From: a virus
Taxonomy: Duplodnaviria > Caudoviricetes
Reading direction: 5' to 3' (one strand)
Virus record (IMG/VR): IMGVR_UViG_3300049825_000152
Span: 1 to 26,436 of that record
DNA length: 26,436 bases
The translations under genes and the position numbers were made by a program. The notes under the pieces were generated by a model. The model was given only the letters and a program-made list of their open reading frames with translations, had not been told where the DNA came from and did not search any database. Numbering within the stretch: the stretch's first letter is position 1; each line of letters begins with the position of its first letter. Shown piece after piece: positions 7,947-16,800 of the stretch.

Positions 7947-9854
7947 TTGTTACCGTTATTCTTTTCAGGTGGCGGTGTATTCAAGCCCGAATTAATCGGT
8001 GCGACAAACTCGTTTGGCGATGCAGTAACAACTTTAGCCGTTACTAAACCTGCTGGCGCTACACAAGGTCAATTAGGACTGGTTTTTCTTTCTGCCAATG
8101 ATTCAACCGGCGTTATTACTCCACCAGCAGGCTGGGCACTGGTTGCGGGCTCAACCCAGACAATAGCAACACCGCAAGGCCAAAAAGTTTATTTATATCA
8201 GTACATTTTAGGCGCGTCGGAGCCATCTGGTTGGACGTTCACCTCTACTGTATCTACGCAACTAAACGCTATTTGCCACATTTACCGTGATGCACAAGCG
8301 ATAGACGTTCTTACCGCTGCTGTTTCAAGCGCGGCAAATAACTCTCCTGTAACGGTGGCGTTTCCATCGATAACCCCTGCGCTATCCAATGAAACCGTTG
8401 TGCTGTTTGCGGCGCTGGATCCTACCGTTGCGGGGATTACGACAAAATGGACGCCTCCGACGCAATTTATTGAGCGAGCCAAACAGGATTGGCTTAACCC
8501 GCCAAACGGACACGTCTGGTCAGCAGACAACGTAAAAACTGGCGCAACAGGCGTGATGAACGCTACGGTAGTGACTAGCGCTAACTCGGTAGGATGGCTG
8601 GCGCTTTCGGTTGCTTTAACGACAAAGGTGGTAAGCGGTGTAACCGGGACTTATTCAGGATCGCAGACACAAACTTTCAGCGCCAATGGATCTGCAAGCG
8701 CGCCGACCATCACAGGGGCGTTCATCGGGTCGCAGCAGCAAACATTCAGCGCCGGCGGGACGGCAACACCGCCGTTAATCAGCGGAAGCTTTACCGGCGC
8801 GCAGCAGCAAACCTTTTCCGCTACGGGCGCATTTACGCCACAAGCGATTAGCGGATCATTTGCAGGAAACCAGCAACAGACATTTTCCGCAGTAGGGACA
8901 TTTACGCCCGTTGGGATAACGGGCGATTACACTGGCTCGCAGGCTCAATCATTCAGCGCAAGCGGTACATTTAGCAATCCCGCCATTACCGGTGCTTATA
9001 GCGGAAGCCAAGTTCAATCATTTTCCGCGTCTGGCACCGCCGTCCCGCCCGCCATTACCGGCGCCTATACTGGCGGCCAAACACAGACTTTCTCTGCTGT
9101 AGGTGGGTCGATTGCGCCTATTACCGGCAGCTTTACCGGCTCGCAACGCCAGACATTTACCGGCAATGGAACCTTTACGCCTGCCGCAATAAGTGGAACG
9201 TACGCCGGCAGCCAAAGGCAGACTTTCAGCGCAACAGGCACGGCAATACCGCCAGCTATCAGCGGCACTTATTCTGGTGGCCAACAACAGACATTTAATG
9301 CTTCGGGCGGCGCAATTAGCCCTGTCACCGGCGCATATACCGGAAGCCAAGTCCAGTCTTTTAGCGGCTCAGGCGGCGAGGCAGTCCCTGTTACCGGCAC
9401 TTACACCGGCGGGCAAACACAATCCTTTGCCGGCGCTGGGCAGCATGGCAGTACAGAACAACCTAGTGGTGGCGATGGCGGCAGCATTCAATCACGCCCG
9501 TCATTATTCAAGCTAAACATCCCAAGTAAATCCGCCGTCGAAAAACAGCGCGAAGCATTTGTGCGACGACTTGTAGGAAAGGCTGGTCGCCGCGAAAAAC
9601 TTTATTACTCCATTGCGGCAAAAGAAGCAAAGAAATTAACCGGCGCAAATGAAGTGTCTAAACAGCAGGTGATTGCTCGGATTCAAAGCCTGTTTGACCA
9701 AACGTATGGGCTGTACTTGCTTAATGGGATAGACGAATCACGGCAGATTGCTTATGACAAATTCGTCGCAAATCTTGAGTCTTTAATGTACGCGGAATTC
9801 ATCCGTAATGAGGATGATGATTTATTCATGTTGGCTATAGCGAGTTCACTGTAA
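7947..9854 (+). CDS. Modular fibre-like protein: N-terminal beta domain, 12 tandem 22-23 aa repeats, basic helical C-terminal domain
   Basis: TTG start abuts the upstream stop; repeats read directly in the translation; ends EDDDLFMLAIASSL. Confidence 0.75.
   Translation: MLPLFFSGGGVFKPELIGATNSFGDAVTTLAVTKPAGATQGQLGLVFLSANDSTGVITPPAGWALVAGSTQTIATPQGQKVYLYQYILGASEPSGWTFTSTVSTQLNAICHIYRDAQAIDVLTAAVSSAANNSPVTVAFPSITPALSNETVVLFAALDPTVAGITTKWTPPTQFIERAKQDWLNPPNGHVWSADNVKTGATGVMNATVVTSANSVGWLALSVALTTKVVSGVTGTYSGSQTQTFSANGSASAPTITGAFIGSQQQTFSAGGTATPPLISGSFTGAQQQTFSATGAFTPQAISGSFAGNQQQTFSAVGTFTPVGITGDYTGSQAQSFSASGTFSNPAITGAYSGSQVQSFSASGTAVPPAITGAYTGGQTQTFSAVGGSIAPITGSFTGSQRQTFTGNGTFTPAAISGTYAGSQRQTFSATGTAIPPAISGTYSGGQQQTFNASGGAISPVTGAYTGSQVQSFSGSGGEAVPVTGTYTGGQTQSFAGAGQHGSTEQPSGGDGGSIQSRPSLFKLNIPSKSAVEKQREAFVRRLVGKAGRREKLYYSIAAKEAKKLTGANEVSKQQVIARIQSLFDQTYGLYLLNGIDESRQIAYDKFVANLESLMYAEFIRNEDDDLFMLAIASSL
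8640..9445 (+). repeat. 12 coding repeats of 66-69 nt, consensus (I/V)(T/S)Gx(Y/F)xGxQxQ(T/S)F(S)xxG
   Basis: Counted in the translation. Confidence 0.9.
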
Positions 9855-10177
9855 TGGATATAAAACAGCAGCAGATAGACAAAGCCGCTTATCAACAAGG
9901 CATGGCGCAACAAGCGACCATTGTTCTGGAGAATCAAGCCTACATCGAGGCAATGCGCACGCTCAAAGATGCCATTTACAAAAAATGGTCGCAATGCAGC
10001 ATTCGTGATCCAGAGACGCAAAAAGAACTTCTGCAAATGTTTCGCATGGCAGAAAGTTTTGAACAAATATTGAACGGTATGGTGATGACCGGCAATTTCG
10101 CAGAAAAAACGCTTGATCGATTAAATCGAGAAGACAATTTTGCGTCCAAAGTTCGCCAATTTATAAGGAAGATTTGA
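9854..10177 (+). CDS. Conserved helical head-module protein preceding the scaffold
   Basis: TAATG coupling; position between portal region and scaffold. Confidence 0.75.
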   Translation: MDIKQQQIDKAAYQQGMAQQATIVLENQAYIEAMRTLKDAIYKKWSQCSIRDPETQKELLQMFRMAESFEQILNGMVMTGNFAEKTLDRLNREDNFASKVRQFIRKI

Positions 10178-10178
10178 C

Positions 10179-11210
10179 ATGAGTGATCAAAGCGAGCAGC
10201 TACAAGACGATAGCGGGCTGGGCATTGAGGGGTTGATGGACGTGTTTGCAAAGCACGACCAACAGTCCAGCAAGTCGGAAGGCAACCCTGATGAAGAGGT
10301 TGACGACACGGAAGGCCAAGATGAGCCGGACGATTCTGAGGATGACCTTGATGATGAAGAATCAGATGAGGAGTCGGCAGAAGAAAATCCAGAAGAAGCG
10401 CCCAAAGAAGTTGCGGCTGTCAAATTACTTCTCCCTAAAAAGGATGAAGAGGGAAATGATGTCGTTGACGAAGCGGGCAAGCCGGTCATGGAAGAGTATG
10501 ACCAAAAAGCACTTATCGAGGCTGTAGAAATCCAGCGCAATTATGCGCAGGAGAGAGATCAACTTGTTCAATATATTGAACAGGCCAAACAATATGTTGA
10601 AACCGAAGTGACGCAATCCCGCAAAAACGCTATCGATTCTATTATGCAAATCGGTGTAGCGGTGCAGCGTGTGGCGGGAACCATGCCGCCCGACAAGCTG
10701 GCGGAGCTGGCGCAAACCGACCCCGCTGCGTATGTGCAGCGCAAAGCATGGAATGACCATGTGGCCGGTATTTTGCAACAGGTCGGCGGCGAAATCCAGT
10801 CTCTGCAAAAACAGGAAGCGGAACAGCATCAGCAACGAAACAAAGCGGCGGAACAAGAGCGCATGGCAACAGCATGGCGTGACCTGCAACAGGAAGGTAT
10901 TAACCGCGCCGCAGTTAAAGCAATTTTTGGCAACACGGCAAAATATTACGGCGTGACCAGTGACGAGCTTTCACGGGTGCTTGATGCTAAGTATGTGTTA
11001 ATCATGAAAGACGCCGTGTCTTTTCGCCAGCTTAAAGAAGCAAAACCAGAAGTAAAAAACAAAGTCAATGCGACTGCAAAGACTACCCAAACCAAAGCGC
11101 CCAGCAACCGTAACATGGAGAAATCCAACGAGGCTTTTAAGCAAATAATTGCAAAAAAAGGCCGCGCCAATACGGATGATTTGGCTGCTTTTATGCGAAA
11201 CAGACAATAA
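10179..11210 (+). CDS. Capsid scaffolding protein
   Basis: Highly acidic N-terminus, coiled coils, ELAQTDPAAY motif, basic tail; directly before the capsid gene. Confidence 0.85.
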   Translation: MSDQSEQLQDDSGLGIEGLMDVFAKHDQQSSKSEGNPDEEVDDTEGQDEPDDSEDDLDDEESDEESAEENPEEAPKEVAAVKLLLPKKDEEGNDVVDEAGKPVMEEYDQKALIEAVEIQRNYAQERDQLVQYIEQAKQYVETEVTQSRKNAIDSIMQIGVAVQRVAGTMPPDKLAELAQTDPAAYVQRKAWNDHVAGILQQVGGEIQSLQKQEAEQHQQRNKAAEQERMATAWRDLQQEGINRAAVKAIFGNTAKYYGVTSDELSRVLDAKYVLIMKDAVSFRQLKEAKPEVKNKVNATAKTTQTKAPSNRNMEKSNEAFKQIIAKKGRANTDDLAAFMRNRQ

Positions 11211-11222
11211 AGGAGTTTTACC

Positions 11223-12191
11223 ATGGCAATTCCAGTAAACCTATATTCACGCCGTTCTTTGAAGGGCGATGCAGAAGATGTCATTGACGCAATTACTAAT
11301 ACGGATCAGGAAGAAACCCCTGTTCTTTCCAGTATTGGGCGCGCCAAAGCAAAAGCAACATTCCACCAATATCAGCGCGACGCTTTCCGTGCTGCAAACG
11401 ATGAGAATGCGGCAATTGACGGTGATGATGCAGCATTCGCCGCGCGCACCCCTACGACTTTGGTCGGCAACCACTGCCAAACCTTCCAAGATTCTTTGGT
11501 AGTGTCTGGCCGCGCCGACAAAATCAAAAAATATGGCCGTGATAATGAATTTGAGTACCAGCGCGCAAAAGCCATGCTTGAAATTAAGCGTGACATTGAA
11601 AAGCGTTTGGTCAGCTCAAAAGGCGCACAGCTTGATGTGTTGAATGCCACTGCGGGTAAGTTTGCCGGTGCGGGCGCAATGATTTACAGCAACGTGTCGC
11701 ACGGTGTTGGCGGCTCGACCCCAGCGCACACCACCGGTGCCCAAACTGCTGTGCCGGTCGTAGGCACTTTACGCGCATTTTCGATTGGGCTGCTGTCGGC
11801 TGCGCAAGAGCAAGCGTTTAACTCGGTAGGCCGTTCGCCGCCTGTTCTGGTCATGTCGGCAAGCCATAAGACGCAGTTTTCCGCGTTCCCCGGATTGGCG
11901 GCTAACCGTTGGGATATTGACGGCGACAAACAAGGCCGCGTGGTGGGCGGCGCTGACGTGTTTGTCGGCAACTTCGGCAAAATGATTGTTGTCCCCCATT
12001 ATTTAATGGGCGGCGCCAACACCGTTTTTGGCTTCAACTATGAATACATGAAGATGGCCTATTTGCGCCCTTATGTTGAAAATATGTTGGGCACAACGGG
12101 CGACAGCCGCAAGATGCAAATCTTGATCGACGGCACGTTGCAAATGAAAGCCGAAAACGTACACATCAAAATCTCTGACTTGATTGTCTAA
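11223..12191 (+). CDS. Major capsid protein (DUF5309/SU10-like)
   Basis: AAGGAG SD; ED..D.I.N.D.EETP, N.CQ.F, E.KRD.E motifs; follows the scaffold; downstream hairpin. Confidence 0.9.
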   Translation: MAIPVNLYSRRSLKGDAEDVIDAITNTDQEETPVLSSIGRAKAKATFHQYQRDAFRAANDENAAIDGDDAAFAARTPTTLVGNHCQTFQDSLVVSGRADKIKKYGRDNEFEYQRAKAMLEIKRDIEKRLVSSKGAQLDVLNATAGKFAGAGAMIYSNVSHGVGGSTPAHTTGAQTAVPVVGTLRAFSIGLLSAAQEQAFNSVGRSPPVLVMSASHKTQFSAFPGLAANRWDIDGDKQGRVVGGADVFVGNFGKMIVVPHYLMGGANTVFGFNYEYMKMAYLRPYVENMLGTTGDSRKMQILIDGTLQMKAENVHIKISDLIV

Positions 12192-12197
12192 TAAGGG

Positions 12198-12219
12198 CAG
12201 GGGGGAAACCCCCTGTTTA
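12198..12219 (+). terminator. Hairpin after the capsid gene (leaky terminator or mRNA stabiliser)
   Basis: CAGGGGG-GAAA-CCCCCTG perfect stem with GNRA loop and only three T. Confidence 0.65.
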
Positions 12220-12223
12220 CACT

Positions 12224-12547
12224 ATGGAAAACTGGAACGACTTCAAAAATTTATCTATTTCTCACGGCGGGGTTAAAACCGATGTAAAAATAGAAGATGG
12301 GCATCTGATTACCCGCAAGACATGGGACGCGGAACCGTACTTGGAAGCGGCGGCAGAGGCGCGTCAAATGACGGACGGTCAAAGCTGGGGTGACACCCGC
12401 AAAGTCGGGGTATTACCGCCCGCTGAGTTTGGCGAATGGATGCGTATCATGCGAGAAGAAGGCAACGACGCGGCAGAAAAATACATTCATGCTTATTTTA
12501 TGGATCGTCCAAAATTAGTTCACTTTGGGAAATACATCAAAAAATGA
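12224..12547 (+). CDS. Hypothetical head-associated protein (107 aa)
   Basis: Position after the capsid gene; ATGA overlap with the next gene. Confidence 0.75.
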   Translation: MENWNDFKNLSISHGGVKTDVKIEDGHLITRKTWDAEPYLEAAAEARQMTDGQSWGDTRKVGVLPPAEFGEWMRIMREEGNDAAEKYIHAYFMDRPKLVHFGKYIKK

Positions 12548-13146
12548 TTAGCACTTACGCTGAATTAAAAACCGCCATTTCTGAATGGACAAATAAAACC
12601 AATTTGTCCGACGACAAGCTGTCTGATTTTATCACGATGGCAGAAAACGACATTGAGCGCGATTTGCTTCTGCGCGGGGTAGAGAAGTCTGTAACCGGCA
12701 CCGCAGACGCAAGCGGATTCATCACGCCTCCCGCAGATTTAGGGCGTATTCAGGCTATCAGCGTGGCTGCAAACGGTGCGCCGCCTTACTTGGAATATAT
12801 CGGGCCAGCCGAAGCGGAATCATTGAGCGGCTCGCTTGGTAGTAAATATTACTGGTGGGACAATCAAAAGATTAAGACGCTGACGCCGGCCACAGGCTAC
12901 ACGATATACTATATCCCCAAAATTGTGCCGCTTAACAACACCAACACGACCAATTATGTGCTAACGCAAAACGCTAATGTTTATTTGTTTGCCGCTCTGC
13001 ATTATGCCTCTATTTATTTGAAAAACATTACCGCAACACAGGGCTACGGGCAAAAATACATTGAAGCGGTCGGGAAAATGCGTGCGGAGTCTGAGCGTTT
13101 ACGCTTCCCCTTACACCAACCGCTAAAAATACGGGTGCGAAAGTGA
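12544..13146 (+). CDS. Head-tail adaptor / tail tubular protein A-like (200 aa)
   Basis: Start moved to ATG at 12544; ISTYAELKTAISEW N-terminus, TNYVL..NVYLFAAL motif; gene order. Confidence 0.75.
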   Translation: MISTYAELKTAISEWTNKTNLSDDKLSDFITMAENDIERDLLLRGVEKSVTGTADASGFITPPADLGRIQAISVAANGAPPYLEYIGPAEAESLSGSLGSKYYWWDNQKIKTLTPATGYTIYYIPKIVPLNNTNTTNYVLTQNANVYLFAALHYASIYLKNITATQGYGQKYIEAVGKMRAESERLRFPLHQPLKIRVRK

Positions 13147-14507
13147 TCCCGCTGCTCGGCTTTACGCCTGACCTTGACCCGACTACGCCGGGGGCGATGT
13201 TTGAGGTGGAGAATATGGTTCCTACTTTAACTGGGATGTCGCCTGCAAGGCAACTGGTTGATGAAAATTTGTTTACTGGGGTGATTACTGGGATAACAAA
13301 TGCTTTTATAGGGTCAGACCCATTTTCAAAAACTATTGTCATTGCTGATTTTAAAATTTATGAAAAAGTAAACAATGCTTATGTTCAAAACACATCAATA
13401 GCGGGAATTTTTTTTGGGGACGCTCAGCTTTTACCTTTCGGTCAAATTGGCATATTAAGGATAGGGTTTGATGTATATACCTATACGCCTAATGTCTTTG
13501 CCTTGGGTGTTATTACCCGAATCTCAGGCGCGCCATTTGGCAGCTCGATAGCCGTATTAAATGGTTTTGTTTTTATTTTTGGGACAGGAGCTGCGCAGAC
13601 CGGGTGGGCATGCTCAGACCAGTATAACCATCTTGAGTGGTCCCCGTCGCCGTCAAACCAAGCTAAAACGGGATCTTTAATTGACACTTTTGGGGGGATT
13701 GTTTCTGCATACCCTTTAGGGGAAAACATTATTGTTTATAAATCAAATAGGATGTATATAGGAAGAAATATAGGACCTCCATTTGTTTGGGATTTTGATT
13801 TGCTTCCTTATGAGGTCGGCTTACAAACTAAAGATACATTGAAAGGCACGCAAAATGGGCATTATTTTTGTGGCCGCGAAGGAGTTTATTTTTACGACGG
13901 GGGAGGGGTTCAGAATATCAGCCAATCTTTAACAAAACACCTCGGCAATTCAACCTTTAATCCAAAGTCGGCGGTTTATTTCCCAATCGCTAGGGCGCTT
14001 TATATAAATGGCATTTCAAATGGCATTGGGAGTGTTTTTTCTTATATCTACAACACAGTAAGCAATAAATGGGGTGTAGCGAATTACCGCATTACTCATG
14101 CGGCACTTAATGCCACCCTATCCAACTCAACGCAATTTGAAGAAATGATTTGCTGCGAATCAGAAGCTTTTGGGAACTCAACCAGCAAAATCACTAGGTT
14201 AGCCTTAAATAATTTTGCAATGACAAGCTCATTTAAGTCAAACCTATTCGGCGATGAATCCGGCTCAACCGAATGTGAAAAAGTCCAGCTTCGATTTACC
14301 GACAAGCCCGACACCGCAACCGCAACAGGCTACGTCAATGACGGTGAAGGCGATGTGTTTGTTCAACAAGAAACTAACACGCTAACTAATAACAAATTTG
14401 ACATACGGCAGTCTGGGCATTTTCACCAATTCAAATTCAACATGAGCGGCAAGTTTGAGGTTACGCATATCCGCCCTGCATTACAGCCGGACGGGGAGCG
14501 TGAATAA
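13143..14507 (+). CDS. Tail nozzle / packaged-DNA stabilisation protein (P22 gp10-like)
   Basis: GTGA overlap; beta-rich 454 aa, GFTPD N-terminus; follows the adaptor. Confidence 0.7.
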   Translation: MIPLLGFTPDLDPTTPGAMFEVENMVPTLTGMSPARQLVDENLFTGVITGITNAFIGSDPFSKTIVIADFKIYEKVNNAYVQNTSIAGIFFGDAQLLPFGQIGILRIGFDVYTYTPNVFALGVITRISGAPFGSSIAVLNGFVFIFGTGAAQTGWACSDQYNHLEWSPSPSNQAKTGSLIDTFGGIVSAYPLGENIIVYKSNRMYIGRNIGPPFVWDFDLLPYEVGLQTKDTLKGTQNGHYFCGREGVYFYDGGGVQNISQSLTKHLGNSTFNPKSAVYFPIARALYINGISNGIGSVFSYIYNTVSNKWGVANYRITHAALNATLSNSTQFEEMICCESEAFGNSTSKITRLALNNFAMTSSFKSNLFGDESGSTECEKVQLRFTDKPDTATATGYVNDGEGDVFVQQETNTLTNNKFDIRQSGHFHQFKFNMSGKFEVTHIRPALQPDGERE

Positions 14508-14776
14508 TGCAGCGCTTACCAACTGACCCAAACATTCCAAACAGTGACGACTGGCCTTCGTTTCGCCGTCGCTTTTATGAGCTGTGGCGCATGATTGCCA
14601 AAGCCGTAAACGTCGAGTCCAGCAATGCACAACCAACAACGCAGGGGCAAGAGGGCGACTTTGTGCTGAATAATGCCAAAGCAGAGGTTGGCGTAGCAAC
14701 TACAAAATATGTCATTCAAGGCTGGGACTACATGGGGGGCGCATGGAAAGAGCGACGCACACTGACTGGCAACTAA
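14507..14776 (+). CDS. Small tail-associated protein, needle or plug candidate (89 aa)
   Basis: TAATG coupling; short helix then beta C-terminus; position after the nozzle. Confidence 0.6.
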   Translation: MQRLPTDPNIPNSDDWPSFRRRFYELWRMIAKAVNVESSNAQPTTQGQEGDFVLNNAKAEVGVATTKYVIQGWDYMGGAWKERRTLTGN

Positions 14777-15177
14777 ACCTGATCCGACCCGAAAATGTTG
14801 ACCTTGCTTGGCGTGATGGCGCTTGCCGATTAAAAGAAGCCTGTGATACTATTCACGAATGTTCAGTTGATATATTAAAGTATCGCCTTCTCCGAGGCGA
14901 ACTCTTGCTGTATTCAGTTATTTCCCCTAACGAAACCATAGATGGTTGGTTCGTTACCGAAGTTCTCGTTTATCCAGAATTTAGAGCATTAAATATTTAC
15001 GCGGCAGTAGGTGGTAATCACATTTTCGACGAGAAAATTTTACCTCAACTTAAAGCGTTAGCAAAAATAGGCGGCTGCACGAAACTACAAATTCAGTGCG
15101 CACCACAAATAGGTAAGATATTTGAAGAAAGATTCAATATCAAACCAGTGACAAAAACTTACCGGATGGAGACATAA
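14743..15177 (+). CDS. GNAT-fold-like protein preceding the ejection genes (analogous to P22 gp14 / T7 gp13)
   Basis: LNIYAAVGG..LKALAKIGGCTKLQI pattern and gene order. Confidence 0.55.
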   Translation: MERATHTDWQLNLIRPENVDLAWRDGACRLKEACDTIHECSVDILKYRLLRGELLLYSVISPNETIDGWFVTEVLVYPEFRALNIYAAVGGNHIFDEKILPQLKALAKIGGCTKLQIQCAPQIGKIFEERFNIKPVTKTYRMET

Positions 15178-16800
15178 ATGGGCGGCGGAGATACACAAAC
15201 CAGCAGCAGCGGACCACCGGCATGGATGGAGCCTTACTTAATGGGCAATATTCAAAACGCCTCACAAGTTGCTTCTCAGCCTTATCAAGCCTATGACGGT
15301 CAGCGCGTTGCCGATCCGAGTGCCGCCACACAAATGGGATGGGATTCAACTATCAATCAAGCCCAAAAAAATGGGCAAATGAACGATGCCGCACAACAGG
15401 CTTTAATGGGCCAAATGCAAAACGGCGGCTATCGCTCAAGTGGGCAAGTGACCCCGTGGGGCAGCTATACCAGCCCATCCGTTTCTGGAGCGGGCACATA
15501 TGCCAGCGCAAAAGTGGGCGACCCGACACAATACAGCAGCCAAAAAATCAACCCTACACAGCAGTATCAAAGTCAGCAAATCAATGATGCGGGCAGGTAT
15601 GCAACACAAAACGTCAAGGCGGCAAACCCTTTTAGCTCTCAACAGGTAAGCTCAGGGCAGAATGCTTATTCTGGCAGTAATCCATTTTTACAGGGCATGA
15701 TTGACAATTCCGCCAAGGACATTACGCGAGGCTATCAATCTAATGTGGTCAATGCAGATGCTGCTGCGGCACGTGCCGGCGCGTTTGGTGGCTCAGAGTG
15801 GCAACAACAGCAAAAAGATGCTGCTGATGTTTACACTAAAAATTTAGCGCAAAACTCTAATAATTATCGTTTTGGCGATTACACAACACAACAAGGCCTA
15901 GCAGAAAACTCGCTTAATCGCGGGGTGGGTGTGCAGCAATTCAATTCGCAAATGGGCCAGCAAGACGCTAACTCAAACGCTGCGCGCGACATGGCAGCGC
16001 AAACCTACAATTCACAAGCTGGCGCACAAGACTTTTCTAATTGGGCTGGGCGCAATATGAATGCGCAACAGTTCAATTCACAAATGGGCCAGCAAGACGC
16101 TAATAGCTTTGCCGGTCGAGATATGGCGTCACAGCAGTTCAACTCACAGTCTGGACAGCAGGATTACAACACGTTTGGCGCGCGACAGGATGCTAACCAG
16201 CGATTTAATTCGCAGATGGGGCAACAAGACTTTAACAACTTTGCCAACCGCGACGTTAATGCGCAACAGTTTAACGTCAACCAAAATGCGCAAGACTGGC
16301 AGTCCAGCCAGCAGCGCATGTTGCAGGCAATGGGGCTATCGCCTCAACTTGCACAGGCAGGCTACGCGGGGGCGGACGCGATGGGTAAGGTTGGCAACCA
16401 GATGGATCAGATTAACCAAGCTAACCTGAATACCGGCTATCAGGATTATCAGCAGGCAATGGGGTACAACCAGCAACAGCAAGACATCATGAACCGTGCG
16501 CTCGGACTGAACTACGGCACTACGCAGACGCAGACCACACAGCAAGACCCGTTTAACCAGCTTGCCGGGCTTGGGCTGGCGGGAACCTCACTCTTTAGCG
16601 ACCGCCGCCTGAAAGAAAATATCGCCCAGGTTGGCAAGATGGATAACGGATTGCCCATTTACACCTACCGCTATAAAGGCGAGGAAGCCACGCACATGGG
16701 CGTGATGGCAGATGAGGCCGAGAAGGTATTCCCCGACGCAGTAGCAACGCACCCAAGCGGCTATAAGATGGTTAATTACGGAGCATTGAACAATGGTTAA
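15178..16800 (+). CDS. Q/N-rich ejection or pilot-like virion protein with C-terminal peptidase S74 chaperone domain
   Basis: MGGGDTQTSS..PAWMEPY N-terminus; internal repeats; SDRRLKENI..IYTYRY..GVMADE..PDAV..GYKMVNYG. Confidence 0.8.
   Translation: MGGGDTQTSSSGPPAWMEPYLMGNIQNASQVASQPYQAYDGQRVADPSAATQMGWDSTINQAQKNGQMNDAAQQALMGQMQNGGYRSSGQVTPWGSYTSPSVSGAGTYASAKVGDPTQYSSQKINPTQQYQSQQINDAGRYATQNVKAANPFSSQQVSSGQNAYSGSNPFLQGMIDNSAKDITRGYQSNVVNADAAAARAGAFGGSEWQQQQKDAADVYTKNLAQNSNNYRFGDYTTQQGLAENSLNRGVGVQQFNSQMGQQDANSNAARDMAAQTYNSQAGAQDFSNWAGRNMNAQQFNSQMGQQDANSFAGRDMASQQFNSQSGQQDYNTFGARQDANQRFNSQMGQQDFNNFANRDVNAQQFNVNQNAQDWQSSQQRMLQAMGLSPQLAQAGYAGADAMGKVGNQMDQINQANLNTGYQDYQQAMGYNQQQQDIMNRALGLNYGTTQTQTTQQDPFNQLAGLGLAGTSLFSDRRLKENIAQVGKMDNGLPIYTYRYKGEEATHMGVMADEAEKVFPDAVATHPSGYKMVNYGALNNG
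15934..16310 (+). repeat. Six 22-aa (66 nt) coding repeats QQFNSQMGQQDxNxxAxRDMxA
   Basis: Visible in protein and DNA (near-identical 30-mers at 15942 and 16074). Confidence 0.85.

Noticed and set aside
8640-9445. Repeats as ice-nucleation or collagen-like motifs
   Set aside because: Period is 22-23 aa, not the 8/16/48 of ice-nucleation proteins, and there are no Gly-X-Y triplets
10187-10540. Ser-rich antisense ORF and other short overlapping ORFs in the late arm
   Set aside because: Mirror of acidic GAA/GAT codons of the scaffold gene; no independent support
12436-12543. Upstream extension of the adaptor ORF (likewise 18964-19029)
   Set aside because: Overlaps the preceding gene; coupled ATGs at 12544 and 19030 fit better
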